A stretch of 64,000 nt of DNA from Octopus vulgaris. Taxonomy: Eukaryota. The notes under the pieces are model-generated. The model was not told the origin of the DNA. It saw nothing but the letters and a program-made list of their open reading frames with translations, and did not search any database. Location of the stretch: contig OX597822.1 of NCBI GenBank assembly GCA_951406725.2, positions 40,920,001-40,984,000 of the forward strand. The letters run 5' to 3'. The translations under genes and the position numbers were made by a program. This document shows, piece after piece, positions 38,851 through 53,800 of this stretch. How positions within the stretch are numbered: the first letter of the stretch is position 1; every line of letters begins with the position of its first letter.

Positions 38851-39496
38851 TATATGCATATATACATGTACATACTTACACATATATGTATATATACATA
38901 CATATATGAGATAGAGGACATCAAAAAGACGTAGAGTAATGACAAACGACCCCAATGTTCAACCGGTACTTATTTTATTGACACCGAGAGGATGAAAAGC
39001 AAAGCCAACCTCGGCGGAATTTGAACTGAGGACGTAAAGACGGACGAAATGTCGCTAAGCATTTTGCCCGGCGTGCTAACGATTCTGCCAGTTCGCCGCC
39101 TAAATTAATAATAATAATAACATACTAATGTGTCTGAAAAATAGAATAAAGGAAAACGAAGCAGCTTGCAGTAATATATTTATCAATATTTTCCTGTCAA
39201 ATATAGATTATAAAGAAATAACAAATAAACCGCAGGCGCTGCAATGTGCTAAGAAACCACGTGGTTCCGAGTTCAAAGAAGCCGGTCGTATGTGTGTGTG
39301 CACGCGCGCGCGTTCATGTTCGTCTCCCACCACTGTTTGACAACCGGTTTCGGTTTCTTTACGACTCCCTAATCAGCGGTTCGGCAAAAAGCGCCCGACA
39401 GAATACGTACCAAGCTTAGAGAAAATGAAATACGTCCTGCGATGGATTAGTTCGATTAAAAGCTTCAAGGCAGTTTCCCAACATGGCCACATTCTA

Positions 39497-40034
39497 AGCA
39501 CAAGGCCGGAAATTTTGGTGGGAGGGGGGCCAGTCTTTTAGATCGACCCCAGTACACAACTGGCTCTTAATTTATCGATCCCGAAAGGGTGAAAGGCAAG
39601 GTCGACCTCGGCAGAATTTGAACTCAGCACGAAATACCTATTTCTTTACTACCCACAAGGGGCTAAACACAGAGAGGACAAACAAGGACAGACATACGGA
39701 TTAAGTCGATTATATCGACCCCAGTGCGTAACTGGTACTTATTTAATCGACCCTGAAAGGATGAAAGGTAAAGTCGACCTCTGCGGAATTTTAACTCGGA
39801 ACACAAAGACAGACGAAATACCTATTTCTTTATTACCCACAAGGGGCTAAACATAGAGGGGACAAACAAGGACAGACATAGGTATTAAGTCGATTACATC
39901 GACCCGAGTGCGGAACTGGTACTTAATTTATCGACCCCGAAAGGATGAAAGGCAAAGTCAACCTCGGCGGAATTAGAACTCACAACGTAACGACAGACGA
40001 AATACCGCTAAGCATTTTGCCTGGTGTGCTAACG
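39497..40034 (-). mobile_element. Compound (triple-core) SINE A inserted in a SINE B tail
   Basis: Three family A cores. Flanked by the direct repeat ATGGCCACATTCTAA (39483-39497 and 40036-40050), a likely TSD. Confidence 0.85.
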
Positions 40035-40334
40035 TTTCTGCCAACTCGCCGCCTTATGGCCACATTCTAATGACCGAAAGAATACGATAAAAAATATGTG
40101 TAGGGCATGATTTGATGAAATTCTTGTTGCTATTTCAAGAAAACTCCAGCGACTATAAACTCCAGACAGACTACGAATTCTTCCAGACTCCCCGCCCTCA
40201 ATTCATTATTATATATATGTGTAACGTTCAGGCTTTGTCTCTGAGAATACGAGTGCAAAAAAGAGAACTACAAACATGTTCTGACAACTGGATTACAACT
40301 TAATATATATCAAGCTAGTAGTCTATATATTGAA

Positions 40335-40365
<31 letters not shown>

Positions 40366-40612
40366 CATATATATATATCGATCTTTTTATTTAAAAAAAT
40401 CTGTCTATCGTTCATCAACCAGCCAACATTAAACAACCGATTTACCAATTCGCGCATGCGCACACACGCGCGCGCGCGCATTTAATCAGTATATGTTATA
40501 GAGTGACTCAAGGGCCATGAGCTTCGTGCACTGGCACTTATAAGATTAAATCGTTTGATATGTGCCGATGCATAAAACTCTCGGCTTCTGCGTCGCTTAA
40601 TGATATCTGCCT

Positions 40613-40643
<31 letters not shown>

Positions 40644-41199
40644 CACATAAGTGTGTGTGTTTGTTTACATGTACGCATATATATATATCGACTTGCAGTA
40701 AGGAGGGCGCGTTATTAACGAGGTCATGAACGGCGACTGAAAGACTGACGAATCAGCAAACTGATTGATTGACCGAACGATTAATCACGCAATCGATTCG
40801 CTAATTGATTAGCTAGCTGACTAATTATGAACGTTTCTAGTTTACGCACAAGGCCAAAAATTTTGAGGATGAGGTGATTTAGACGGCGCCACCAACCCTA
40901 GTTCTTGATAAGGAGTATATATTTTATCGACCCCGGGAGAATGAAAGGCGAAGTTGATCTTGGTGAGAGTTGAACTAAGAACGAGACGAAAATGACCAAC
41001 CAGGGCGTTCGATTCTCCCAATATACAACCGTGTGTATGTGTACATTTATACACATACATATGAAGAGACGTATATATGCAAGCATATACACACACACCT
41101 ATGTATATATATATATATATACACGTATATATGCATGCACATACATACATACATACATATATATATATACACATATATCGTATATTTGTATACATGTAC

Positions 41200-41287
<88 letters not shown>

Positions 41288-43284
41288 AGCATATAGATAC
41301 ATATGTACACACGCCATAGTTGGAAAGAATGAGACGATCGGATGCAGCTGTTTGGACGCTGAGGATTTGACGCGGCCGGCTGGACATTAAGCCTGTTTTG
41401 GTGAATGTACTTTTACAATTTATTAACAGAGAAATATGCTCACACCCATAAACAGAGAGAGAGAGGGGGAAGGAGGGAGAGAAGGAGAGAGAGAGAGAGG
41501 TGGGGAGGACGTGAGATGTCAAATAAGTCAACTTCGAATCAGCGATGTCAAATGAACGACACCAAAAGGACTGCGCCGAAACGTCTTATACCGTATTTGT
41601 AGAAACAGAAAGACTAGCAACATGGCTTGTCAAAATATAGAAGCCAGCTAATTTGCAGGTAACAGTGTCTTTCGGAGGAAATACTAATTCTGAATTGTGT
41701 CTCAGAACTGTTTTGGAGGTGGGGGCATTCAGGTTTATAAAGACTCTTTGATGGAAGCCCTGAGTTATATATACAAGCAGTCATCTTGTGCTGGGGATGT
41801 TTAAGTATCACAAGTAATGAACTAAGAAGGTTGAAAGTACTCACAAAACTATAGCAAGATCTGATTTGCAACATACAAGTAGTGGAATGGAGACAACATG
41901 TATTTTCAGGCTGGAAAATTTCAAGCATTCAGCTACCGACCCACAACCACATCGCAATCAAAGTACGCGGAACGAGGAGGAACTGCAGATTCAGAGTTAC
42001 AGTCAGTGCATTGCTTGGGGGGTTATTATGGGTTACGATGCATCGTTTCAATGCACACATTACTAAGATAGCAACAACGTGCAAGTTGACTGGCGTGGTA
42101 TTCTGAATCGTTTCGAAAACAGAGAACAAAGAATCATGTTGATCTTATGAACCACATTTGTTCTCAGCCGTCTAGATTCTTACCTTCAGCCGTCTAGATT
42201 CTTACCCTCAGCTATGGTCGTCACGTAGTGTTAAACTAACTACATAATTCCAAGCATTCCAACACCGCTACAACAAGAAAATTGCTTCAATGCAACAGAA
42301 GAAAACTGGGAGGGATTTACAGGAACTAAAACACGAAAGATATGTAATGATGTATGTGTGTGTGTGCGTGTGTGTGTATATTTGTTTTGCTTGTCCTCCA
42401 ACGGCGCCGCTTGACAACCGGTACTGGCTGGCTTACGTCCCCGAAGCTTAACGGTTCGACAAAAACTCCGATACCAGACTTTGAAAAAAATAGAAAAGTA
42501 CTGGTGTCGATTTGTCACTAAATTTTTCAAGGGTTGCACCAGCTAAGCCGTAGTCCAGTGTGTATGTGTGTGTGTCTGTATGTATGTGTGTGCGTGTGTG
42601 TGTCAGTGTGTGTGCGTGCGTGTTCAAGGGAAGATAGCAGAGTCACAATTTTCACTTACAATGATGTACTGGAATCATTAATACCGATTATGAATATGGT
42701 TTATTAAAACAGTTTTAATGCAATGCATATCCTTTCTTGTCCAACTTCTTTCAGACATTCAACTGCCGCCATGTTGGACACCCCCTTGAAGGAATATATA
42801 TATGTATATGTATATGTGTATGTGTGTGTATGTATGTATGTATGTATGTATGTATGTATGTATGTATGTATGTATGTATGTATGTATGTATGTATGTATG
42901 TATATATATCTGTATATATCTGTATATATGTTTATATTTATATAGATATACGTGTGTGTGTTTACCGTACCACCGCTTGACAACCGTCTCCGAAACTTAG
43001 TGGTTCCGCAAAAGTAACCGGTAGAACAAGTACCAGGTTACTATATTTTTAAAAAAAATAAGTACTGTCGTTAATTCGATTAAAAGTTCTTCAATGCGGT
43101 GCCACAGCATGGTCGCAATCTAATGACTAACTCACTACTTGAATGAATCATAAATAAAACTTGACTTAAACAGGATTTAGATAATCCTATCAGGTGGTGC
43201 TATTAAGGTAGACATGGCCTGGACCAATCTTTGTGCATACGGAAATGTTTGTGTGTGTGTGTGTGTACGTTATTGCTAACCAGG

Positions 43285-43712
43285 GGCGGTTAGCACGCCG
43301 GGCGAAATGTCTAGCGGTATTTCGTCTGCCCTCTATATTTAGCCCCTTGTGGGTAATAAAGAAATAGGTATTTCGTCTGCCGTTACGTTCGGAGTTGAAA
43401 TTCCGCCGAGGTCGACTTTGCCTTTCATACTTTCGGGGTCGATAAATTAAGTACCAGTTACGCAGTGGGGTCAATGAAATCGATTTAACCCGTTTGTCTG
43501 TCCTTGTTTGTCCCCACCCCCCTGTGTTTAGCCCCTTGTGGGTAGTAAAGAAATAGGTATTTCGTCTGTTTTTGCGTTCTGAGTTCAAATTCCGCCGAGG
43601 TCGACTTTGTCTTTTAATAAAAATTAAGTACCAGTTGCGTACTGAGGTCGATCTAATCGAGTGCTCCCCCACCTCCCAAAAAATTGCGGGCCTTGTGCCT
43701 AGAGTAGAAAGA
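43285..43712 (+). mobile_element. Compound SINE family A
   Basis: Repeated family A cores. Confidence 0.8.
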
Positions 43713-44500
43713 GTTATTTACTAATCAGGCCATCCCAACATACACCAAAACCAGCCAAACCAAACCCATACAAACACACCCAGTGTACACAACAAAAAAT
43801 ACTGAACAGCTAAACAAGCCTCCCTCATAACAGGCAGCGCCATCACATCCAACGCCGCCACCATCCACCAAAACATCCAGGCACTACTTCCCTCACACAC
43901 ACACACACAACGTTTATTTATTTCTCCACTCACTTTTACTCTCCCCTTCCCACTTCTCTATTAATTCTTATATTTATATGAATCCTCATTGATTTCGCCT
44001 CTCCGCCGCCAACCTCCTTATGACCAAAATATACCCCGGTGAGCTTCTTTATCGACATGCTGCGCCGCCTTGTCGCCACAGTTCCGTCTGTGTTGTCGAC
44101 GATTTTCACACACAGCCATACACACAAAACAACACAGACGCACACACATACTCAAATGACATAGCAACGAATGAATATTAACTATAATTATCAGTAATGC
44201 TTCATTCCATCCTGTCTTACACACCGCCACCACCACCGCTCCATGCATGTACCATGGAAAGTGGGGTAGAGGCATAGCTGTGTAGTTAAGAAGATCGCTT
44301 TGCAGCCACAAGCTTTCGGGTTCGGTCCCACTGTATGGCACAGCGAACAATGTATTATGTACTGTAGCCGCATACAGACCAATTGCCTTCAAAGTCAGTC
44401 TGGTAGACGAAGACTGTGCGGAAACTCGACGAATATATATAAGTGCAGGCGTGGTCGTGTGGTAAGAAGCTTGCTTCTCAACCACAGGGCTCCGGATTCA

Positions 44501-44532
<32 letters not shown>

Positions 44533-44699
44533 ATATCCTTAAAGGATTTATTAGCCGAATATATCAACACCAGGAATTATTCTTTGTAAACCTAGTACTT
44601 ATGCTATCTTTTGTCGAACCGCTATATCACGGGAACGTAGCCAGATCAACTGCAACATCGGTTGTCAAGCGATGGTGGTGGGGCAAACATAGAGACAAA

Positions 44700-44754
<55 letters not shown>

Positions 44755-45215
44755 CCCCACTACCATCGCTTGACAACCGATGTTGGTGTGTTTACGTCCC
44801 CGTAACTTACCGATTCGGTAAAAGTGACCGATAGAATAAAGTACTAAGGCTTACAAAGAATAAACACCGGGATGGATTTCTTCGACTAATTAATCCTTTA
44901 AAGCGATGCTCCAGTATGGCCGCAATCAAAGAAGTGAAAGAATAAAAGAATATATATGCATATGGGCGTGGCAAGAAGTTTGCTTCCCAACCACACGGTT
45001 CCGAGTTCAACTCCACTGTATGTCACCTTGAGCAAGTGCTTTCTACTATCGCCTTAGGCCGGGTGGGCGGAGACTGAAGGAAGACCGAAAAATCCGTGCG
45101 TAGGTATCTAAATAAGTCTTGGTTACCTCCCTTAATGCCCCCTAAATAAAATAATGTATGTATACCCGACAAAATACTGTAGGATGGGTGTAGCTGTGTG
45201 TGCCCGTACGTGTGT

Positions 45216-45273
<58 letters not shown>

Positions 45274-45479
45274 CGTAAACAGCAGAGACATTGAAAAAAT
45301 ATATGAATGTGTGGATACCTTTGAATGTAACTGCACCACCACATGTTTGCGTATATGTATGTACATGATTAGGAATGTGTATAAATTTATACATCACCTG
45401 TGTGTATGATTTGTGACATCGGTATAAATGATATTTATACACAGCAATGACGTGTGCATATATATATATATATATATTA

Positions 45480-45870
45480 CTCTTTCACTTGTTTCAGTCA
45501 TTTGACTACGGCCATGCTGGAGCACTGCCTTTAGTCGAGCAAATCGACCCCAGTAATTATTCTTTGTGAGCCTAGTACGTATTCTATCGGTCTCTTGTGC
45601 CGAACAGCCAAGTTATGTGGACGTAAACACACCAGCATCGGTTGTCAAGCGATGTTGGGTGGACAAACACAGACACAAACATATACACACACATACTGAT
45701 ATATATATATGCGACGAGCTTCTTTCAGTTTCCGTCTACCAAATCCACTCACAAGGCTTTGGTCGTCCTGAGGCTATAGAAAACACTAGCGTAAGGTGCC
45801 ACGCAGTGGGACTGAACCCGGAACCAAAATGGTTCGTAAGCAAGCTACTTACCACACAGCCACTCCTATA
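45480..45870 (-). mobile_element. SINE family B
   Basis: Reverse complement colinear with family B. Confidence 0.85.
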
Positions 45871-46363
45871 TAATGTATTGCATAAACTGTAATACATACA
45901 CACACACACACACTATTGCATGCAGTATGCATGGAAACACATATACATGCACAGGGTTTATACGCTAGTGATGATGATTGTAACGGTAGTAGTCGTGGTG
46001 ATAGCTTTGTAAGTTGTAGTGATGACGGCTATACTGACGGTGGTGATGTTATCGGAGATGGTAGTGATGGTGGCGGTTGGTCGGCGGCGGTGGTGACGTT
46101 GATACAAAAGTTGGAAATGATTTCTCAAGGTTTAAAGCAAGAAGCGGTGGAATTAATAATTTCTAAGAGAAACAATTCAAGCGAAATGAACGGTAGATTG
46201 GCAGGGATTAAGTGAAATATATATCTTTGCTTGAGAATGTCTTTTGAGTCTCTCAGTCACGTGACACGTCTCGCTGTTCAGACGTCACATATTTCACACT
46301 CCGACTGAGTGAACTATATATATACACACACGCACACACACATAAATATAGATATACACGTAC

Positions 46364-46440
<77 letters not shown>

Positions 46441-46497
46441 TACATGTGCCTGTATTCATATGCATACACACACACTTGTATACACACAAGCATATAG

Positions 46498-46538
<41 letters not shown>

Positions 46539-47123
46539 CACACACATATATATACTCACATATTCACATAAACACACACACGCGCGCACACATACACAGA
46601 TATATACAGTAAATCTAAAAAAGAACAAAAAACATACACAGACATACATATATCTATACTCACGTATTTACACACATACATTCAGATACATGTATATATT
46701 CATATATATACACACATAGACACACATGCACGTATACACACATATAAATAGACTCTCAAACACATATGTACTGTGTTTCATCATGTATTAGTTCCTTGTT
46801 CATTCATCTTTAATCTTTAATCCTTTCTATTTGTAAAACATGGTCGACGTATATATCTTTATTTTTTTCCCTTTCTTCTATAGCCCTGCTTTATCTTCTC
46901 TTTTCTCCGCCTCATATCTTCTGCTTTCATCTTATGTTCCCTCTCTTCTCTATATCTTATTCTACCGCCTTTAACTTCTACTTACAAAAAAAAAAACAAC
47001 AAAAAAACTCTTCTCATTTTATTCTTCTCTTGTTGTCACTCTTATGGTTCCTGTTCCACAAACTTCACTACCGTCCTTCAATAACGAACATTTTATAGGC
47101 ACTTATAGTATGTTCCGATATGG

Positions 47124-47752
47124 TCGTATTTTTCAGACTAACATTTACAACCAAAAACAGGTAGGTCGACTTATACATCAAGACGATTTGGGGGTACAAC
47201 AATTTATAACCAAAAACAGGTAGGTCGACGTATACATCAAGACGATTTGGGATTATCAAAATTTACAACCAAAGACAAGCAGGTCGACTAATAGATGAAG
47301 ACGATTTTGGAGTGCAAAAATTTACAAACAAGTAGGTCGACTTTATACATCAAGACATTGGAGGGCCAAAATTTACAACCGAAAACAGTTAAGTCGACTT
47401 ATACATGAAGGTTCTGGGCGGGGGCCAAAAACAGGTAGGTTGATTTATACACCAAGACGACTTTGGAGCAGCAAAAATTCCAAGTGAAATAGTTTAAGAT
47501 TTGAAAAGATGGTGACGATGCTTTAATGTTTACGCTTAATGTATACACAATACGATGACTTCGATATTTGTCGTGTAGCAAGTGCACCGTGTACCTGCAC
47601 AGGGCCTGTCAATTTGATGGAGGAAGTAAGCTAATGTACAACATATCATTTCTGCAGGGATGTTCAGCAAGAAATTTTGGAACCATCTTTCTCAGCTTCG
47701 AGAGACTATCAATAAAATCAATACAGGTCGACTTGTATGCTGGAAAATACGG
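47124..47752. mobile_element. pogo/Tigger-type MITE with an internal ~58-bp tandem array
   Basis: Right end GGTCGACTTGTATGCTGGAAAATACGG|TA. Six copies of ATTTACAACCAAAAACAGGTAGGTCGACTTATACATCAAGACG at 47143-47475. Left end uncertain. Confidence 0.65.
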
Positions 47753-48391
47753 TAAAACAACCTTAGGAAACATTTCCATCTTTATTATTGTTGTATGCTA
47801 ACACAAGTTGTAGTGGCCTGGAATAATCAGTAGAGTGCCGGACTAAATGCATGATATTATGAAGCTATGTCTCTTTACAGTTCCAATTCAAATCCTGCAA
47901 AATCTCAAGTAAAGCTGTGTGTGGTTAAAAATGTTGGCTTTGCAAACCTTGGAGAAAGTATCTGCATCCACTTGAGCTTGAAGTTGACCAATAAGTTCTG
48001 TAGATACAAACTGTCCAGAAGTTCGTCGGGGGGGGGGGGGGCGGTATAAGCATGATACTTAAATCCGGTCTTGTTATTCATGTTATGTCGCTTAAAACTG
48101 CGGTGTGACTTCCTACACGGGGAAAAGCTAAAACTGTGTTGGGAAAAATTTTGCACCAAGATTTATACATAAATTAGGGGAGCGACTTATACTCGAGTAA
48201 ATACAGACTATATGTCCTTCAACTTACCAGGCCGATAAATTAAGCATGCGGCTGAACTCTGTACTGGAATCAAGTGAAACGATCATAGCCTCTTCAGCGA
48301 AACACAACCTTCACCGAGTTTCGTTGAATGGTGATAATAAATTAATCACTAACACATATACATACTTTGGTAAACATATACATACTTATAC

Positions 48392-48441
<50 letters not shown>

Positions 48442-49105
48442 ACTGGGCATCTTTTGTTTATGTAAATATTTTGAAATGTTAGCCATATGGAAAGAAATGC
48501 CTTAATTTTAATAGTTTAATGATTTATATATTAAATATGTAATCTCGAAATAACAACCATATCATCAGTGTATTGAACAACTGGATATATCACAAGTTTA
48601 CCAAAGAGCGGGGTCAGTCAATTGTCAACCATCATTGATATTAAGAGCTTACATTATACCATGCGATTTTATACTTGGAGTATACAATATCTCTTATTTG
48701 GCTGCGAAAAGGGGAGAAGTTAAGGTACACCTCGGCCTTAAACTCCTGAAAATAGAGAAGGCGATACTAATGAAGAACAGATACCGCCATACAAGTCGAA
48801 TTTTTCAGTGCTAATTGTACAGCCTGAAAAGGAGGTCGACTTATACGTCAAGACAACCTCGGAGGATCAAAATCTCCTTGCGAAATGCAGTACGATTTGT
48901 AAGAGATAGTAACAATGTTTGAATATTTACATTCTATGTTTGTACATCAACGTGAATGCTGGGAAATACGGTATAATTGTCGGTGAGTAAAGGAGACAAC
49001 AACAAGCGTTTTATGATCTCCTAAGTGAATCCTCGACCCTACTGTTGCTGCTGGAGTAGAGAAACACAAAGCAAAATGTACAGTGGTCGGTGGCAGAAAA
49101 AACTG

Positions 49106-49279
49106 CCGTATTCACTCGCGTATAAGTCGCACTGTTTGTATACTCGATTTTAACTACGAGGAAAAAAATACTGCGGTGTGACTTCTTACACGGGGAAAAG
49201 ATAAAACTATGAAGGGAAAATTTTTGCACCAAGATTTATACATAAACTAGGGGAGCGACTTATACTCGAGTACATACAG
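49106..49279. mobile_element. pogo/Tigger-type MITE; related partial copy at ~48043-48206
   Basis: TIRs CCGTATTCACTCGCGTATAAGTCGC / GCGACTTATACTCGAGTACATACAG; ~110 bp shared with 48098-48207. Confidence 0.75.
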
Positions 49280-49476
49280 AATATGTTTAATATATGGGTA
49301 TATATGTTTAAAGAATGGCTGGTATTGCAAGTATAATCAAGGTCAGTGGTGGTGGGAGCTAGATTTGGGATCAACTTGTCTTAAACTTTAGGGATGTCGT
49401 ATCTTGATTTCACCAATTACAGTTCTAAATAGTTACTGTTCACGAGACTAAGGTGATGTGTACGCGCGCGTGTATG

Positions 49477-49521
<45 letters not shown>

Positions 49522-51165
49522 AACAAACTCCAAGTAACATAGTAAGGACCTCCCAGGTCGGTTGCTGTGTGGCTATTATTCGGATTATGAGATAGGGGCT
49601 CATATGAATTGGGTTACTGACTCTCTGGAGTCCCACTGCACCGCCACTGAATCTTAAAAATAATCATACACGCTGAAGCGCGCACGCACGCACACACACA
49701 TACATACACACACACACAGAGTAAATGTGTGTCAGAAATCTGCTCATCTGTGAAGCTATCGGTATGTATGGAGTTCCTCTAAACTCTTTCCTTTCACCCA
49801 TTCAACCACCCCCAGACCAAACATCAACTATATATATATATGTATGTATGTATATATACACACACACACACACAATTAAATATATATATACATATATAAT
49901 ACGTACCCGTACACACGTGTATACGGACGCACACGCATATTATTTGAAAGTAAAATATCAGGTGAAGGTACTTGTGACAATTATTAAATCTGAAGGCTGC
50001 CTCTTTCCTTACCACACTCCCCACACAGCAACATTACCACCACCACCACCACCACCATAGCACTACCTTCACACTACCATCATTATAGCAACCCAACTAC
50101 CCACACCTTCACAAACACCACAAACGCCATGAGGAGCATTTTGTATGGTTACTCGGTTTGCTAGAAATGTCAGCGAACTCTCTCCCTCAAATCATACCCT
50201 TGTTACTGTCTTAAATTAAAAGGCGGTACTGGATCACGAAGTCCTAAAAAGGACAGGATGGTCACAGTTGGAATGCATTTGCTTATTGGTTTCATCAATC
50301 AAATTCGAGCTGAAGTTAAACAACAACTGGATCAATACCATCACTCACCCTGCCAATGAGTGAGCTTCTACGTCAGCCATGGACAAACTGCGGCCCGTGT
50401 GACTTTCTAAACGACAGGCCTTACGAAAAATTACCTTGAAATTTTTTAGCAATGCGGCACCGCTTCTCGAACAATGTTGCTTGTGCTTACTCTACATAGT
50501 CGCTGGACCTGTTGGAAATAACAGCCAAAATCCCCTCAAATCACACCTTGTATTTTTTTAAAGAACATATTTGCTGTTGTAGCGATAAATACACTTAAGT
50601 TGGTCGTAGCTGGAATATTAGGTGAATCAAAGCTGATCTGATCTAAGCATAAATACCATCAACACCAGTACATCCACGACCACCAACATTGATTTCATAT
50701 TAAACAGTAATTAGAACGTAGACATAGATATTATCACAAGAAGTGATTATTGGCTAATACTGAAGTAGCATGACCTGAGGTCATCTCGATGGTGGTGGTG
50801 AGAGGAATAAAGAGAGATGGTCAGAGAAAAGCGTGAGGGGGAAGTGAATGAGGGACGGGGTAAGTTAATAGAGAAGAGAGAGTGAGAGTTAGAAAGAGAG
50901 AGAGAGGTAGATCGAGGGAGGGAAGGTGAGAGATAGACAGAGGCAGAGAGGTAAGGAGAAGGAGAGAGAGAGAGAAAAATGAGGAAGAGTGACAAAAGAA
51001 GGCAGAAATAGAATGAAATACTGAGGTGCAGATGGAGAGAGCGAAGTAAGGAGAGAATTAAGGAGTTCGTATGCTTGAGAAAGGGAGAGAGGGGGGAGAA
51101 AGCAAGAAAGAATTAAAGAGTGTTCGCTGCAGAGAAAGAGAAAGAAAGGATTAAAGAGAGTTCGC

Positions 51166-51210
<45 letters not shown>

Positions 51211-52718
51211 TGAGAGAGAAAATGAAAGTGGGAGAAAAAGAGAGGTAGAGAGTTGGTGTTAGTGAGAGTGCTAAATGAGGAAAAGTATGTTGTGTGTTAG
51301 AGAGTAGGTGAGTGGTGGAAAGAGGAAAGGGTGAATGGAGAATTAAGAAGTCAGTGAAAGCAACAATGAGAGAGTCTACACAAAACTGCTCGATATGCAA
51401 CAAATAGCAACCAAATCTACCACCACCACCAAATCACAAAATGCTGCGTTTCAATAATCTTAAGATGCATCGGATAATGTAGGGTAAGATTCGCTGCGGG
51501 AACTAAAGACAGGATGGTCATTGCTGGATCATCATTATACAAAGGTTTACTCGACCATGGCTTACCTGGGGCTACAGAGTAACAACTTAATAATAATAAT
51601 AATAATATCATCATCATCATCATCATCATCATCACCACTACAACAACAACAGAAGTAGCAGCAGCCAAACTAGACAGATCAAGACTTACTAATCGGAAAT
51701 AAATTAAAAGATAATCCAAATTAATTTGCGTACAATTACCAGATTATGAGATTTTTCTCTCCGGATTAAAGCGAACCAAATCACTACATTATAAACAATT
51801 ATAGTGTAGGAACCTAATTCCTTACATTAGCACAATTTAGGAGGTTGAGGAGGAGGAGGAGGAGGCTAAGGGCTAAGACAGTTACTTCAGCCACAGTACA
51901 CGGTGTTTGTGGAACCAACAACAAGACCTCGACTTGGTCGATCGACCGAAATAGAAGCAAAAATCTCCTTCAAATTATTAAATTATATCGTTTTAAAATT
52001 AGAAAGGATATTTTGGGAAGTGTAATCATGATTATATACGTTATGTCATGTAGTCTATTGTATTATTTTACATTTCATTGTATTTACATTAAAAGCTCCA
52101 CTTCAGAGGACGTACCTCCAGGGTTTCACGTCTTCTATCTTCAGACAAAATATGAAGAGACTTTTTTATATTTGGTCTGATAATCGAGGACGAGAAACTT
52201 AGGAGCACAAAATGTGGAGTATAGCTTTAATAAATGAAATACTCTATTTTTGACATCGATTACCCTTTTTACTTATGCATGCGTTTGTGTGTATGTGCGC
52301 ACGCACATAGATGCACCCATACATACACACCCACGGCGCGGTATGCCTGAAAAAAGAGAAAAATATCTCAGTCTATTTCTATACGCTCTCGAAAGAAGAC
52401 ATGGAGGAGGTGCTAATCAATGTGTGACAGAACTTGACTTCTATCAACTAGAGAAAGGCATGTGGAAGCATGTTCTTGGTTTTTAAGGCCGATGACGAAA
52501 CGAAGAGACATGTAGAGCTAACAGACGAAGAACTAATGCCTCAGTATATAGGTCTCAGAGAGATCTGACCTTATTTTAATGAGAAAACTAGGAGAGGTCA
52601 ATCAATTACTATGTTGATTGAGCCGATGGCAAACGGCTACGAGGAAAACCTAGAGGAAAGAGGGTTGCTACAAAATGATACAGGGATCTAACAACAATCA
52701 AGTAATCAAACACTGGAG

Positions 52719-53075
52719 CAGTGGTTATCAACCACTTTTTACCTTTTATTCTGGTGGACCCTCGCATAACCATTCAATGTTTAAAAAACTATTGTTATAG
52801 ATACTTCTTTCAAAATTTCCATTTCGTTTTTCACTTGCTAAGGTTTGCAAGAGCACTCATTGAGAGAACATGCTTCAGTGATCAGAAATGTGTTGAACTG
52901 TGTAAAGCATCAGAGAAAGAAACATAGTTGATTTTGCAATAAACATATCGAAATCAAAGTTTTTTCATTAACCCCTAAGATATCCCTAAATTCATTATTT
53001 TGCTTAAGTGGACCTCCACGGTCACCCCCCTCCAAAAAAAAATCAAGTCATATGGATCTCGGTTGAGAACCACTG
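52719..53075. mobile_element. hAT MITE related to 12992-13309
   Basis: TIRs CAGTGGTTATCAACC / GGTTGAGAACCACTG; diverged TSD CACTGGAG / CAGTAGAG; shared internal ATTCTGGTGGA.CC...CATTC.ATGTTTAAAAA. Confidence 0.75.
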
Positions 53076-53800
53076 CAGTAGAGAACATAGGGCCCTTTAC
53101 TACTCGACAAAGATAGAAACTGCTGAATGTTTATTTTGGAGGACTTAGTTTGATGACTTGATAAAGGAAGTTGGGCAGAGTGGTGGGCTGCCCTCCATCT
53201 CTGCTAAGTGGTGGTTTCTCGTATCTGTGTGAATGGATTGTTTTTATTTGTACTTTATGTAAAAAAAAAAGAAAGAAAGACGTTCAAACTTTTAAACCGC
53301 CCCACACAATATATGAAAAAAGAAAATACGAGAGACACGGCTAGGGGCCATTGCTGAGGGTGACACAGTTTATCATTACCTTTGTGGCACAGTTGAAGAA
53401 CTGTGGCAAAATATTGGAAGGACAATGAAGAAGTAAAGGAGTCATAAGACTGAAAAATAAATACAATCGGAAGTCAAGTTCAAGAAAAGCCCTTTACATA
53501 GGCATCCGGATTGCATGAGATTCGTGGTCGTTGGAATCGCTAACAACAATCTCAAGTATCTACTAAAAGACCTGGCAGCAGAAGGAACGGTATATTCTGC
53601 TGGTTGAAAAGGAGTCAGGACCCAAATTTATTAGTGAATACTTAAACGATATAATCATAAGAACCTAGGATCTGTCTGGACACACGTAGCACCGGAGTAC
53701 AAGATGCCAAAACCCGGAGCTCAAAGTAACGAGTGAATTCTTATTTGTTTTTATGTAGGTATATAAGTGTGTCGCGCGAACGTAAGTCTGCCTGTCTTTA
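53076..53800 (+). mobile_element. Possible decayed L1/Tx1-type LINE 3' relic
   Basis: 53359 onward reads GDTVYHYLCGTVEELWQNIGR, reminiscent of the ORF2 C-terminal CCHC motif (ET..H.F..C......W). Weak; extent uncertain. Confidence 0.3.

Noticed and set aside
43929-44060. Minus-strand ATG plus gtgagt donor as BAMBI exon 1
   Set aside because: In-frame stop before the donor and no hydrophobic core.
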